Source: Nemertoderma westbladi (Eukaryota; Animalia; Xenacoelomorpha). From it: a DNA stretch of 59,149 bases. Both the position numbers and the translations under genes were made by a program. Shown here one piece after another: positions 39,525 through 52,600 of the stretch. A model generated the notes under the pieces. It made no database searches, was not told the origin of the DNA, and saw nothing but the letters and a program-made list of their open reading frames with translations. The DNA lies in NCBI GenBank assembly GCA_032718475.1, contig JAUCBJ010003416.1:1-59149 (forward strand). The letters run 5' to 3'. Each line of letters starts with the position of its first letter. The stretch's first letter is position 1.

Positions 39525-42500
39525 CTATAAGTATCTGGGGGGATTTATGATGCGACCAGATCTTGTGGTTATTAGTGGCGCAGGCGGTGTAACTGGCGGA
39601 GATGAATGAGTTTGTACTGTAGGAGTGGGTTGAGTTTCGGGAGGAGGTTTGTCTGGTTGGACGCCGCAACCGTAGGCCACCTTGAGACGGTCGACGGACA
39701 CGGTCTCTCGGCGGCCGGTGACGTCGAGAACGAAGTATTTCTCTGATTTTTGTAGGACTCTGTAAGGGCCAGAGTACGGGCGCTGTAGTGGTCTGCGGTG
39801 GGCGTCGCGCCGGACGTAAACGTATCCGGTCGAGCCGAGGTTGTCCGGAACGGAAGTCGTACGACGGCCGTGGAACTCCGGAATCGGCGGAGCAACGGCG
39901 CGCATAGAGTCCTGGAGTTGGAGGAGGAAGTCCGAGGATGGAGGCTCCGATCGCGGTACTGGAGCGACGAACTCGCCGGGGATGTGGAGGCTGGTCCCGT
40001 AGACGAGGTCGGCGGGGGAGCAGCCGGAGTCCTCGCGCCACGCGGTCCGGATGTTGAGGAGGGCCATGGGGAGTTCGTCCATCCAGTTGGGGCCGACGAG
40101 ACGCGCCATGAGGGAGGCCTTCAGCTGCCGATGGAGGCGTTCAACCATCCCGTTGGCCTGTGGATGGTAGGCCGTTGTGTTGGATGCCGATATACCGAGG
40201 AGGCGGTGGAGATCGGCCCAAAGGTGGGAGGTGAACTGGGCGCCTCTGTCGGAAGTAACGTGACTGGGGATACCGAAACGGGATATCCAATGTCGGAGGA
40301 AGGCTCGAGCGCATGTCTCGGTGGTTGAGTCCGCCATTGGAATAACTTCGGGCCAACGGCTAAACCTGTCGATTACGGTAAACATATATGTCATACCTTC
40401 GGACACGGGTAGAGGGCCGACGATGTCGACATGTAGGCTGTCGAATCGGTGGTCGGGAGGCTGTCGTCGAGTGAGTGGGGCGTGGACGTGTCGGTGAATC
40501 TTAGAGGCCTGACACGCGTGGCACTCCTGGCACCATCGTTTGACGTCACGTTTCAGTCCGTGCCAGACGAAACGGGACAAGATGGCGCGTTGGGTTGGGC
40601 GGTTCCCGGAATGGCCGAGTCCGTGGATTGCGTCGAAGACGCGTCGAGTCCACTCCTTGGGGATTATGGGTCGGGTTCGGCCCGTGGAGACGTCGCACAG
40701 TATGGTGAAGTCACCGAATGGGACGTCTTCGATGACGAGGCTGGTAATGGCGGTCCGGTAGGTGTTGACTTCAGCAGATGTTTGCTGTGCCGTGGCGAGT
40801 TGCCGGAAGTCGATGGTCGGTGAGAGGATGGCGGCTACCGGGGCGCGGGACAGGGCATCGGCGACGACGTTATCTTTGCCGCTGACGTGCCGAATATCCG
40901 TCGTAAACTCGGCAATAAACGACATATGGCGAGTTTGGCGGGGAGAACGTTCCGCGGCGCTGGTCAACGCAAAGGTCAGCGGTTTATGGTCGGTATAAAC
41001 CGTAAAGGTTCGACCTTCAACGTAGTGTCGAAAGTGTTTAATGGCGAGGTTTGCCGCTAGTAACTCGCGATCGAATGCAGAATATTTCGCTTCGGCAGTC
41101 GAGAGTTTTCGCGAGAAAAATGCGACAGGGCACCACACCTCGCCATGTAGCTGTTCGAGTTTAGCGCCAACAGCCTTATCAGAAGCGTCGACAGTGACAC
41201 TCGTGGTGGCGGTCGAGTTGGGATGGTGGAGGAGGGTTGCAGCGGCGAGGGAGGACTTGGCAGACTCGAACGCCGTCTGGCATTCGGGAGTCCACTGAAT
41301 CGTCTGACTCTTCGACTTGGTGGCCTCGTACAACGGGCAGAGTTTGTCGGCCAACCTTGGCATGAAGCGGTGGTAGTAGTTTACCATGCCGAGGAAGCGT
41401 TGGAGGCTGAGTTTGGAGTCCGGGGTCGGATAGTCGCGGATCGCGTCGACTCGGTCTTCGAGAGGAAGGATTCCCGAGGATGTAACTTTGTGACCGAGGA
41501 ATGTCAGTTCCGGGACACCGAAGACGCACTTGGTGCGGTTCAAAACCATCCCGTTGTCCGAAAGGAGTCGGAAGACTTGGCGGAGGTGGTCGATGTGTTC
41601 GGCGACGGAGCGACTCGCTACCAGGATGTCGTCGAGGTAGACGAACGCGAACGGAATGCCGCGTAGAATGCCGTCCATTAGCCGTTGGAACGCCTGGGCG
41701 GCGTTCTTTAGTCCGAACGGCATTCGGAGGAACTCCCAAAGGCCGAAGGGAGTGATGATCGCCGTCTTTGGTGTATCTTTGGTCGCCATGGGGATCTGGT
41801 GGTATCCCCGTACCAGGTCGATCTTAGAGAATACCGACATTCCATCCAGGTGACCGTTGAAGTCTTGGATGTGTGGTAGGGGGTACCGGTCGTCGACGGT
41901 GGCGTCGTTGAGACGGCGGTAGTCCCCACAGGGCCGCCAACCGCCACCGGGTTTGGGGGCGATGTGGAGCGGGGAGGCCCACGGCGAGTTGGAACGCCGG
42001 ATTATGCCGAGTCCCTCCATCTTGGCGAACTCGGCCTTGGCCACCGCGAGTTTCTCGGCGTCGAGTCGGCGGGCGCGAGCGTGTAGAGGAGGTCCCTCCG
42101 TAACAATGTGGTGCTCTACACCATGTTTATTCAACGCAGTCGGCTCGAACCGAGGGATGAGGAGCTCCGGGAACTCGTCAATGAGTCGCTCGCAGGGACC
42201 TGTAGTAGGGATGCGGATGCCGGCGATAGCGGTCGAATAGCAGGCGATCTTGGTCGGGATCGCTGTAGGGTTCGACATATCGATGAGGCGTCTCCCTGCA
42301 AGGTCGATGGCCAACCGGTTGGAGAAGAAGAAGTCGGCGCCGAGGATTGGGGAAGAGACGTTCGCCACGTAGAATTCCTGCGTGAAGACCCGCCCGTTGC
42401 CGAGGTGGAGGCAGATCGCCCTTTTGCCCCAAGTGGCAATCGGACTGCCGTTGGCGGCGACCAACGGGGCAGTTGGGGTGCGGGACCGTTTGTCGGCAGC

Positions 42501-42638
42501 GGATGCGGGCGAAACCGAGACTTCGGCTCCGCAGTCGACCAGGTAGGTCTGGCCGGTGCGACGGTCCCACACAGTCATTGTTGTCTTCCCGTTTTGGCCG
42601 GCCGCGGATATGTTTAGCGACCGGCCCCGGCGTTTCCC
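39525..42638 (-). CDS. pol: Gypsy Pol (protease, RT, RNase H, integrase), probably expressed by -1 frameshift from gag
   Basis: LVDCGA, SPWASP, RPCGDYRRLN, MPFGLKNA, YLDD, VDAS, TDHKPL, ADALSR, HHCC, DIVGP, SDRGAQF, YHPQANGMVER and GPY. The frame is open from the GGGAAAC slip site to the stop. Confidence 0.95.
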   Translation of the reverse strand, partial: GKRRGRSLNISAAGQNGKTTMTVWDRRTGQTYLVDCGAEVSVSPASAADKRSRTPTAPLVAANGSPIATWGKRAICLHLGNGRVFTQEFYVANVSSPILGADFFFSNRLAIDLAGRRLIDMSNPTAIPTKIACYSTAIAGIRIPTTGPCERLIDEFPELLIPRFEPTALNKHGVEHHIVTEGPPLHARARRLDAEKLAVAKAEFAKMEGLGIIRRSNSPWASPLHIAPKPGGGWRPCGDYRRLNDATVDDRYPLPHIQDFNGHLDGMSVFSKIDLVRGYHQIPMATKDTPKTAIITPFGLWEFLRMPFGLKNAAQAFQRLMDGILRGIPFAFVYLDDILVASRSVAEHIDHLRQVFRLLSDNGMVLNRTKCVFGVPELTFLGHKVTSSGILPLEDRVDAIRDYPTPDSKLSLQRFLGMVNYYHRFMPRLADKLCPLYEATKSKSQTIQWTPECQTAFESAKSSLAAATLLHHPNSTATTSVTVDASDKAVGAKLEQLHGEVWCPVAFFSRKLSTAEAKYSAFDRELLAANLAIKHFRHYVEGRTFTVYTDHKPLTFALTSAAERSPRQTRHMSFIAEFTTDIRHVSGKDNVVADALSRAPVAAILSPTIDFRQLATAQQTSAEVNTYRTAITSLVIEDVPFGDFTILCDVSTGRTRPIIPKEWTRRVFDAIHGLGHSGNRPTQRAILSRFVWHGLKRDVKRWCQECHACQASKIHRHVHAPLTRRQPPDHRFDSLHVDIVGPLPVSEGMTYMFTVIDRFSRWPEVIPMADSTTETCARAFLRHWISRFGIPSHVTSDRGAQFTSHLWADLHRLLGISASNTTAYHPQANGMVERLHRQLKASLMARLVGPNWMDELPMALLNIRTAWREDSGCSPADLVYGTSLHIPGEFVAPVPRSEPPSSDFLLQLQDSMRAVAPPIPEFHGRRTTSVPDNLGSTGYVYVRRDAHRRPLQRPYSGPYRVLQKSEKYFVLDVTGRRETVSVDRLKVAYGCGVQPDKPPPETQPTPTVQTHSSPPVTPPAPLITTRSGRIINPPRYL
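42597..42638 (-). promoter_or_regulatory. Candidate -1 ribosomal frameshift signal
   Basis: Slippery G-GGA-AAC (42638-42632) in the gag frame, followed by the stem GGCCGGTCGC / GCGGCCGGCC. The -1 frame runs directly into Pol MTVW. Confidence 0.8.
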
Positions 42639-43405
42639 GAACGAGGAGATGAGGCCGGTGTGGTGGGAATGAGGTGGCTCAGTCGACAGCCTCTGTAACC
42701 GCAGTTCCGCGCGGCATTCCCGAACTTCTTGTGGAAGAAGCAGAGAGTCGTAAAGGAGGACCCGGGAGGCTGTGTAGGCCCGGAGGCGGAGACGGCGTTC
42801 CGTTGTACCCCGGCGATACCGACTCCGACGGGTTCTCCTCGGGTCGCCTCCATAATCCGGTCGGCGTCCGTAGCGAGTTCGTCGAGGTCGGTGGAGCTCG
42901 AACCGGCCAGAACGCGCCGGACATCCGTCGGCAGCTGGGCGAGGAACAACGCCCGGAAGAGTGTCTCTGGGTCCGCGTTGAGGGATCTCATGTGGCGGAG
43001 GAGACCGGTAGGTCGGCGGTCACCGAGTCCAGAAAGGGACAAAAGTTCGTTGTCTCTCTGAGCCTGGGTTTTACCAAAAGCGGCGATGAGGGCGCGCTTC
43101 AGCATTCTATACTTATTGTCTCCCGCCGGCGGATCGAGAAGTATTGGTCCAACTTCTTTGGCTGTAGTGTTATCCAACGCAGCAACCACGTGGTGAAACT
43201 TGGTTGAGTCTACAGTTATGTTGCGCGTGGCGAACTGAGCCTCGACTTGGGAGAACCAGATCTCCGGGTTCTCGGTCCAGAACGTGGGGAGTTTGACTCC
43301 GACGGCGTTTACTGAGGTTCCGGTTGTGTCGGAGCCGGAAGCAGCAGGAAGGAGGCCTTGGAGGGCCGTGGCGAGGGCCGCAATATCCTCAGCAGCGAGA
43401 GGCAT
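42614..43405 (-). CDS. gag: Gypsy Gag, 263 aa
   Basis: KLPTFW...PEIWFSQVEAQF, LGDRRPT.LL..M, and a C-x2-H-x9-C-x4-C motif like the CHCC motif of CsRn1-clade Gag. Confidence 0.93.
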   Translation of the reverse strand: MPLAAEDIAALATALQGLLPAASGSDTTGTSVNAVGVKLPTFWTENPEIWFSQVEAQFATRNITVDSTKFHHVVAALDNTTAKEVGPILLDPPAGDNKYRMLKRALIAAFGKTQAQRDNELLSLSGLGDRRPTGLLRHMRSLNADPETLFRALFLAQLPTDVRRVLAGSSSTDLDELATDADRIMEATRGEPVGVGIAGVQRNAVSASGPTQPPGSSFTTLCFFHKKFGNAARNCGYRGCRLSHLIPTTPASSPRSGNAGAGR

Positions 43406-43481
43406 ACCGGTAGTTAATATTGTAATAGGCTAATAGCTGAACATGGGGATTATTCCGCAACTGTTTGGATTAGCGAGTTCA

Positions 43482-43497
43482 CCATGCCGGGTCACCA
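43482..43497 (-). promoter_or_regulatory. Primer binding site, probably tRNA-Trp
   Basis: TGGTGACCCGGC.. starts 1 nt after the 5' LTR and resembles the tRNA-Trp PBS TGGTGACCCCGAC. Confidence 0.75.
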
Positions 43498-43498
43498 G

Positions 43499-43671
43499 TT
43501 TAGCGTCAGGCTAAATTGTGAAGTTATAATAATAAGATTTGTTAAGAGTTGCACAAGTCAGTAAGTCTGTACTGAAGAGGTACCGGTACATAGCCTACAA
43601 CCCGAATCCTAGAGTGTTGCTAGGCAACCGTGTCAACAACCCAACTCCATATCTCACCCCTGTACGCCACA
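43499..43671 (-). repeat. Gypsy 5' LTR
   Basis: 173 bp, identical by eye to the 3' LTR, adjacent to the PBS. Confidence 0.95.
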
Positions 43672-46600
43672 CTATATAGGGTCACAACAAAACAAGACAG
43701 TTCCATAGTGCTATATAATGTCACAACAAAACAATACAGTTCCATAGTGCTATATAATGTCACAACAAAACAATACAGTTCCACAGTGCTATATAGGGTC
43801 ACAACAAAACAATACAGTTCCATAGTGCTATATAGGGTCACAACAAAACAAGACAGTTCCACAGTGCTATATAGGGTCACAACAAAACAATACATTTCCA
43901 TAGTGCTATATAGGGTCACAACAAAACAATACAGTTCCATAGTGCTATATAGGGTCACAACAAAACAAGACAGTTCCATAGTGCTATATAATGTCACAAC
44001 AAAACAATACAGTTCCATAGTGCTATATAGGGTCACAACAAAACAATACAGTTCCATAGTGCTATATAGGGTCACAACAAAACAAGACAGTTCCATAGTG
44101 CTATATAATGTCACAACAAAACAATACAGTTCCATAGTGCTATATAGGGTCACAACAAAACAATACAGTTCCATAGTGCTATATAGGGTCACAACAAAAC
44201 AATACATTTCCATAGTGCTATATAGGGTCACAACAAAACAATACATTTCCATAGTGCTATATAGGGTCACAACAAAACAATACATTTCCATAGTGCTATA
44301 TAGGGTCACAACAAAACAATACAGTTCCATAGTGCTATATAATGTCACAACAAAACAATACAGTTCCATAGTGCTATATAGGGTCACAACAAAACAATAC
44401 AGTTCCATAGTGCTATATAGGGTCACAACAAAACAATACATTTCCATAGTGCTATATAGGGTCACAACAAAACAATACAGTTCCATAGTGCTATATAATG
44501 TCACAACAAAACAATACAGTTCCATAGTGCTATATAGGGTCACAACAAAACAATACAGTTCCATAGTGCTATATAGGGTCACAACAAAACAATACAGTTC
44601 CATAGTGCTATATAATGTCACAACAAAACAATACAGTTCCATAGTGCTATATAGGGTCACAACAAAACAATACAGTTCCATAGTGCTATATAGGGTCACA
44701 ACAAAACAATACATTTCCATAGTGCTATATAGGGTCACAACAAAACAATACATTTCCATAGTGCTATATAGGGTCACAACAAAACAATACATTTCCATAG
44801 TGCTATATAATGTCACAACAAAACAATACAGTTCCATAGTGCTATATAGGGTCACAACAAAACAATACAGTTCCATAGTGCTATATAGGGTCACAACAAA
44901 ACAATACATTTCCATAGTGCTATATAATGTCACAACAAAACAATACAGTTCCATAGTGCTATATAGGGTCACAACAAAACAAGACAGTTCCATAGTGCTA
45001 TATAGGGTCACAACAAAACAATACAGTTCCATAGTGCTATATAGGGTCACAACAAAACAATACAGTTCCATAGTGCTATATAGGGTCACAACAAAACAAT
45101 ACATTTCCATAGTGCTATATAATGTCACAACAAAACAATACAGTTCCATAGTGCTATATAGGGTCACAACAAAACAATACAGTTCCATAGTGCTATATAG
45201 GGTCACAACAAAACAATACATTTCCATAGTGCTATATAATGTCACAACAAAACAATACAGTTCCATAGTGCTATATAGGGTCACAACAAAACAATACAGT
45301 TCCATAGTGCTATATAGGGTCACAACAAAACAATACAGTTCCATAGTGCTATATAGGGTCACAACAAAACAATACAGTTCCATAGTGCTATATAGGGTCA
45401 CAACAAAACAATACAGTTCCATAGTGCTATATAGGGTCACAACAAAACAATACATTTCCATAGTGCTATATAATGTCACAACAAAACAATACAGTTCCAT
45501 AGTGCTATATAGGGTCACAACAAAACAATACAGTTCCATAGTGCTATATAGGGTCACAACAAAACAATACATTTCCATAGTGCTATATAATGTCACAACA
45601 AAACAATACAGTTCCATAGTGCTATATAGGGTCACAACAAAACAATACAGTTCCATAGTGCTATATAGGGTCACAACAAAACAATACAGTTCCATAGTGC
45701 TATATAGGGTCACAACAAAACAATACAGTTCCATAGTGCTATATAGGGTCACAACAAAACAATACAGTTCCATAGTGCTATATAGGGTCACAACAAAACA
45801 ATACATTTCCATAGTGCTATATAATGTCACAACAAAACAATACAGTTCCATAGTGCTATATAGGGTCACAACAAAACAATACAGTTCCATAGTGCTATAT
45901 AGGGTCACAACAAAACAATACATTTCCATAGTGCTATATAATGTCACAACAAAACAATACAGTTCCATAGTGCTATATAGGGTCACAACAAAACAATACA
46001 GTTCCATAGTGCTATATAGGGTCACAACAAAACAATACATTTCCATAGTGCTATATAATGTCACAACAAAACAATACAGTTCCATAGTGCTATATAGTGT
46101 CACAACAAAACAATACATTTCCATAGTGCTATATAATGTCACAACAAAACAATACAGTTCCATAGTGCTATATAATGTCACAACAAAACAATACATTTCC
46201 ATAGTGCTATATAGTGTCACAACAAAACAATACATTTCCATAGTGCTATATAATGTCACAACAAAACAATACATTTCCATAGTGCTATATAGTGTCACAA
46301 CAAAACAATACATTTCCATAGTGCTATATAGGGTCACAACAAAACAATACAGTTCCATAGTGCTATATAGTGTCACAACAAAACAATACATTTCCATAGT
46401 GCTATATAGGGTCACAACAAAACAATACAGTTCCATAGTGCTATATAGGGTCACAACAAAACAATACATTTCCATAGTGCTATATAATGTCACAACAAAA
46501 CAATACAGTTCCATAGTGCTATATAGGGTCACAACAAAACAATACAGTTCCATAGTGCTATATAGGGTCACAACAAAACAATACATTTCCATAGTGCTAT

Positions 46601-49600
46601 ATAGGGTCACAACAAAACAATACAGTTCCATAGTGCTATATAGGGTCACAACAAAACAATACATTTCCATAGTGCTATATAGGGTCACAACAAAACAATA
46701 CAGTTCCATAGTGCTATATAGGGTCACAACAAAACAATACATTTCCATAGTGCTATATAGGGTCACAACAAAACAATACAGTTCCATAGTGCTATATAGG
46801 GTCACAACAAAACAATACATTTCCATAGTGCTATATAGGGTCACAACAAAACAATACAGTTCCATAGTGCTATATAGTGTCACAACAAAACAATACAGTT
46901 CCATAGTGCTATATAGGGTCACAACAAAACAATACAGTTCCATAGTGCTATATAGGGTCACAACAAAACAATACATTTCCATAGTGCTATATAATGTCAC
47001 AACAAAACAATACAGTTCCATAGTGCTATATAGGGTCACAACAAAACAATACAGTTCCATAGTGCTATATAATGTCACAACAAAACAATACAGTTCCATA
47101 GTGCTATATAGGGTCACAACAAAACAATACAGTTCCATAGTGCTATATAGGGTCACAACAAAACAATACATTTCCATAGTGCTATATAGGGTCACAACAA
47201 AACAATACAGTTCCATAGTGCTATATAGTGTCACAACAAAACAATACATTTCCATAGTGCTATATAGGGTCACAACAAAACAATACAGTTCCATAGTGCT
47301 ATATAGGGTCACAACAAAACAATACATTTCCATAGTGCTATATAATGTCACAACAAAACAATACAGTTCCATAGTGCTATATAGGGTCACAACAAAACAA
47401 TACAGTTCCATAGTGCTATATAGGGTCACAACAAAACAATACATTTCCATAGTGCTATATAGGGTCACAACAAAACAATACATTTCCATAGTGCTATATA
47501 ATGTCACAACAAAACAATACAGTTCCATAGTGCTATATAGGGTCACAACAAAACAATACAGTTCCATAGTGCTATATAGGGTCACAACAAAACAATACAG
47601 TTCCATAGTGCTATATAGGGTCACAACAAAACAATACATTTCCATAGTGCTATATAATGTCACAACAAAACAATACAGTTCCATAGTGCTATATAATGTC
47701 ACAACAAAACAATACATTTCCATAGTGCTATATAATGTCACAACAAAACAATACAGTTCCATAGTGCTATATAGGGTCACAACAAAACAATACAGTTCCA
47801 TAGTGCTATATAGGGTCACAACAAAACAATACATTTCCATAGTGCTATATAATGTCACAACAAAACAATACAGTTCCATAGTGCTATATAGGGTCACAAC
47901 AAAACAATACAGTTCCATAGTGCTATATAGGGTCACAACAAAACAATACAGTTCCATAGTGCTATATAATGTCACAACAAAACAATACAGTTCCATAGTG
48001 CTATATAGGGTCACAACAAAACAATACATTTCCATAGTGCTATATAATGTCACAACAAAACAATACAGTTCCATAGTGCTATATAGGGTCACAACAAAAC
48101 AATACATTTCCATAGTGCTATATAGTGTCACAACAAAACAATACAGTTCCATAGTGCTATATAGGGTCACAACAAAACAATACAGTTCCATAGTGCTATA
48201 TAGGGTCACAACAAAACAATACATTTCCATAGTGCTATATAATGTCACAACAAAACAATACAGTTCCATAGTGCTATATAGGGTCACAACAAAACAATAC
48301 ATTTCCATAGTGCTATATAGTGTCACAACAAAACAATACAGTTCCATAGTGCTATATAGGGTCACAACAAAACAATACAGTTCCATAGTGCTATATAATG
48401 TCACAACAAAACAATACAGTTCCATAGTGCTATATAATGTCACAACAAAACAATACAGTTCCATAGTGCTATATAGGGTCACAACAAAACAATACATTTC
48501 CATAGTGCTATATAATGTCACAACAAAACAATACATTTCCATAGTGCTATATAGTGTCACAACAAAACAATACATTTCCATAGTGCTATATAGGGTCACA
48601 ACAAAACAATACAGTTCCATAGTGCTATATAGTGTCACAACAAAACAATACATTTCCATAGTGCTATATAGGGTCACAACAAAACAATACAGTTCCATAG
48701 TGCTATATAGGGTCACAACAAAACAATACATTTCCATAGTGCTATATAATGTCACAACAAAACAATACAGTTCCATAGTGCTATATAGGGTCACAACAAA
48801 ACAATACAGTTCCATAGTGCTATATAGGGTCACAACAAAACAATACATTTCCATAGTGCTATATAGGGTCACAACAAAACAATACATTTCCATAGTGCTA
48901 TATAGGGTCACAACAAAACAATACAGTTCCATAGTGCTATATAATGTCACAACAAAACAATACAGTTCCATAGTGCTATATAATGTCACAACAAAACAAT
49001 ACAGTTCCATAGTGCTATATAGGGTCACAACAAAACAATACAGTTCCATAGTGCTATATAATGTCACAACAAAACAATACAGTTCCATAGTGCTATATAG
49101 GGTCACAACAAAACAATACAGTTCCATAGTGCTATATAGGGTCACAACAAAACAATACAGTTCCATAGTGCTATATAATGTCACAACAAAACAATACAGT
49201 TCCATAGTGCTATATAGGGTCACAACAAAACAATACATTTCCATAGTGCTATATAATGTCACAACAAAACAATACAGTTCCATAGTGCTATATAGGGTCA
49301 CAACAAAACAATACAGTTCCATAGTGCTATATAGGGTCACAACAAAACAATACATTTCCATAGTGCTATATAGGGTCACAACAAAACAATACAGTTCCAT
49401 AGTGCTATATAATGTCACAACAAAACAATACAGTTCCATAGTGCTATATAGGGTCACAACAAAACAATACAGTTCCATAGTGCTATATAATGTCACAACA
49501 AAACAATACAGTTCCATAGTGCTATATAGGGTCACAACAAAACAATACAGTTCCATAGTGCTATATAGGGTCACAACAAAACAATACAGTTCCATAGTGC

Positions 49601-52600
49601 TATATAGGGTCACAACAAAACAATACAGTTCCATAGTGCTATATAATGTCACAACAAAACAATACAGTTCCATAGTGCTATATAGGGTCACAACAAAACA
49701 ATACAGTTCCATAGTGCTATATAATGTCACAACAAAACAATACAGTTCCATAGTGCTATATAGGGTCACAACAAAACAATACAGTTCCATAGTGCTATAT
49801 AGGGTCACAACAAAACAATACATTTCCATAGTGCTATATAGTGTCACAACAAAACAATACAGTTCCATAGTGCTATATAATGTCACAACAAAACAATACA
49901 GTTCCATAGTGCTATATAGGGTCACAACAAAACAATACAGTTCCATAGTGCTATATAATGTCACAACAAAACAATACAGTTCCATAGTGCTATATAGGGT
50001 CACAACAAAACAATACAGTTCCATAGTGCTATATAGGGTCACAACAAAACAATACAGTTCCATAGTGCTATATAGGGTCACAACAAAACAATACATTTCC
50101 ATAGTGCTATATAATGTCACAACAAAACAATACAGTTCCATAGTGCTATATAGGGTCACAACAAAACAATACAGTTCCATAGTGCTATATAGGGTCACAA
50201 CAAAACAATACAGTTCCATAGTGCTATATAATGTCACAACAAAACAATACAGTTCCATAGTGCTATATAGGGTCACAACAAAACAAGACAGTTCCATAGT
50301 GCTATATAGGGTCACAACAAAACAATACAGTTCCATAGTGCTATATAATGTCACAACAAAACAATACAGTTCCATAGTGCTATATAGGGTCACAACAAAA
50401 CAATACATTTCCATAGTGCTATATAATGTCACAACAAAACAATACAGTTCCATAGTGCTATATAATGTCACAACAAAACAATACAGTTCCATAGTGCTAT
50501 ATAGGGTCACAACAAAACAATACAGTTCCATAGTGCTATATAATGTCACAACAAAACAATACAGTTCCATAGTGCTATATAGGGTCACAACAAAACAATA
50601 CAGTTCCATAGTGCTATATAGGGTCACAACAAAACAATACAGTTCCATAGTGCTATATAGGGTCACAACAAAACAATACATTTCCATAGTGCTATATAAT
50701 GTCACAACAAAACAATACAGTTCCATAGTGCTATATAGGGTCACAACAAAACAATACAGTTCCATAGTGCTATATAGGGTCACAACAAAACAATACATTT
50801 CCATAGTGCTATATAATGTCACAACAAAACAATACAGTTCCATAGTGCTATATAGGGTCACAACAAAACAATACATTTCCATAGTGCTATATAATGTCAC
50901 AACAAAACAATACAGTTCCATAGTGCTATATAATGTCACAACAAAACAATACAGTTCCATAGTGCTATATAGGGTCACAACAAAACAATACATTTCCATA
51001 GTGCTATATAATGTCACAACAAAACAATACAGTTCCATAGTGCTATATAGGGTCACAACAAAACAATACATTTCCATAGTGCTATATAGGGTCACAACAA
51101 AACAATACAGTTCCATAGTGCTATATAGTGTCACAACAAAACAATACATTTCCATAGTGCTATATAGGGTCACAACAAAACAATACATTTCCATAGTGCT
51201 ATATAGGGTCACAACAAAACAATACAGTTCCATAGTGCTATATAGGGTCACAACAAAACAATACATTTCCATAGTGCTATATAATGTCACAACAAAACAA
51301 TACAGTTCCATAGTGCTATATAGGGTCACAACAAAACAATACATTTCCATAGTGCTATATAGGGTCACAACAAAACAATACATTTCCATAGTGCTATATA
51401 ATGTCACAACAAAACAATACAGTTCCATAGTGCTATATAGGGTCACAACAAAACAATACATTTCCATAGTGCTATATAGGGTCACAACAAAACAATACAT
51501 TTCCATAGTGCTATATAATGTCACAACAAAACAATACAGTTCCATAGTGCTATATAGGGTCACAACAAAACAATACATTTCCATAGTGCTATATAGTGTC
51601 ACAACAAAACAATACAGTTCCATAGTGCTATATAGGGTCACAACAAAACAATACAGTTCCATAGTGCTATATAGGGTCACAACAAAACAATACATTTCCA
51701 TAGTGCTATATAGGGTCACAACAAAACAATACAGTTCCATAGTGCTATATAGGGTCACAACAAAACAATACATTTCCATAGTGCTATATAATGTCACAAC
51801 AAAACAATACAGTTCCATAGTGCTATATAGGGTCACAACAAAACAATACATTTCCATAGTGCTATATAGGGTCACAACAAAACAATACATTTCCATAGTG
51901 CTATATAATGTCACAACAAAACAATACATTTCCATAGTGCTATATAGTGTCACAACAAAACAATACAGTTCCATAGTGCTATATAATGTCACAACAAAAC
52001 AATACAGTTCCATAGTGCTATATAGGGTCACAACAAAACAATACAGTTCCATAGTGCTATATAGGGTCACAACAAAACAATACATTTCCATAGTGCTATA
52101 TAGGGTCACAACAAAACAATACAGTTCCATAGTGCTATATAGGGTCACAACAAAACAATACATTTCCATAGTGCTATATAGGGTCACAACAAAACAATAC
52201 AGTTCCATAGTGCTATATAATGTCACAACAAAACAATACAGTTCCATAGTGCTATATAATGTCACAACAAAACAATACATTTCCATAGTGCTATATAGTG
52301 TCACAACAAAACAATACAGTTCCATAGTGCTATATAATGTCACAACAAAACAATACAGTTCCATAGTGCTATATAGTGTCACAACAAAACAATACAGTTC
52401 CATAGTGCTATATAATGTCACAACAAAACAATACATTTCCATAGTGCTATATAGTGTCACAACAAAACAATACAGTTCCATAGTGCTATATAATGTCACA
52501 ACAAAACAATACAGTTCCATAGTGCTATATAGGGTCACAACAAAACAATACAGTTCCATAGTGCTATATAGGGTCACAACAAAACAATACATTTCCATAG

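Larger units (their letters stand above)
39312..43671 (-). mobile_element. Full-length Ty3/Gypsy LTR retrotransposon (CsRn1/Kabuki-like), 4360 bp, apparently intact
   Basis: Two 173-bp LTRs, a 4-bp TSD CTAT (39308-39311 and 43672-43675), PBS, PPT, and gag plus pol in PR-RT-RH-IN order. Confidence 0.97.

Noticed and set aside
39433-43207. Many alternative-frame and antisense ORFs inside the Gypsy element
   Set aside because: Expected shadow ORFs in GC-rich coding DNA. None has recognisable motifs or looks like env.
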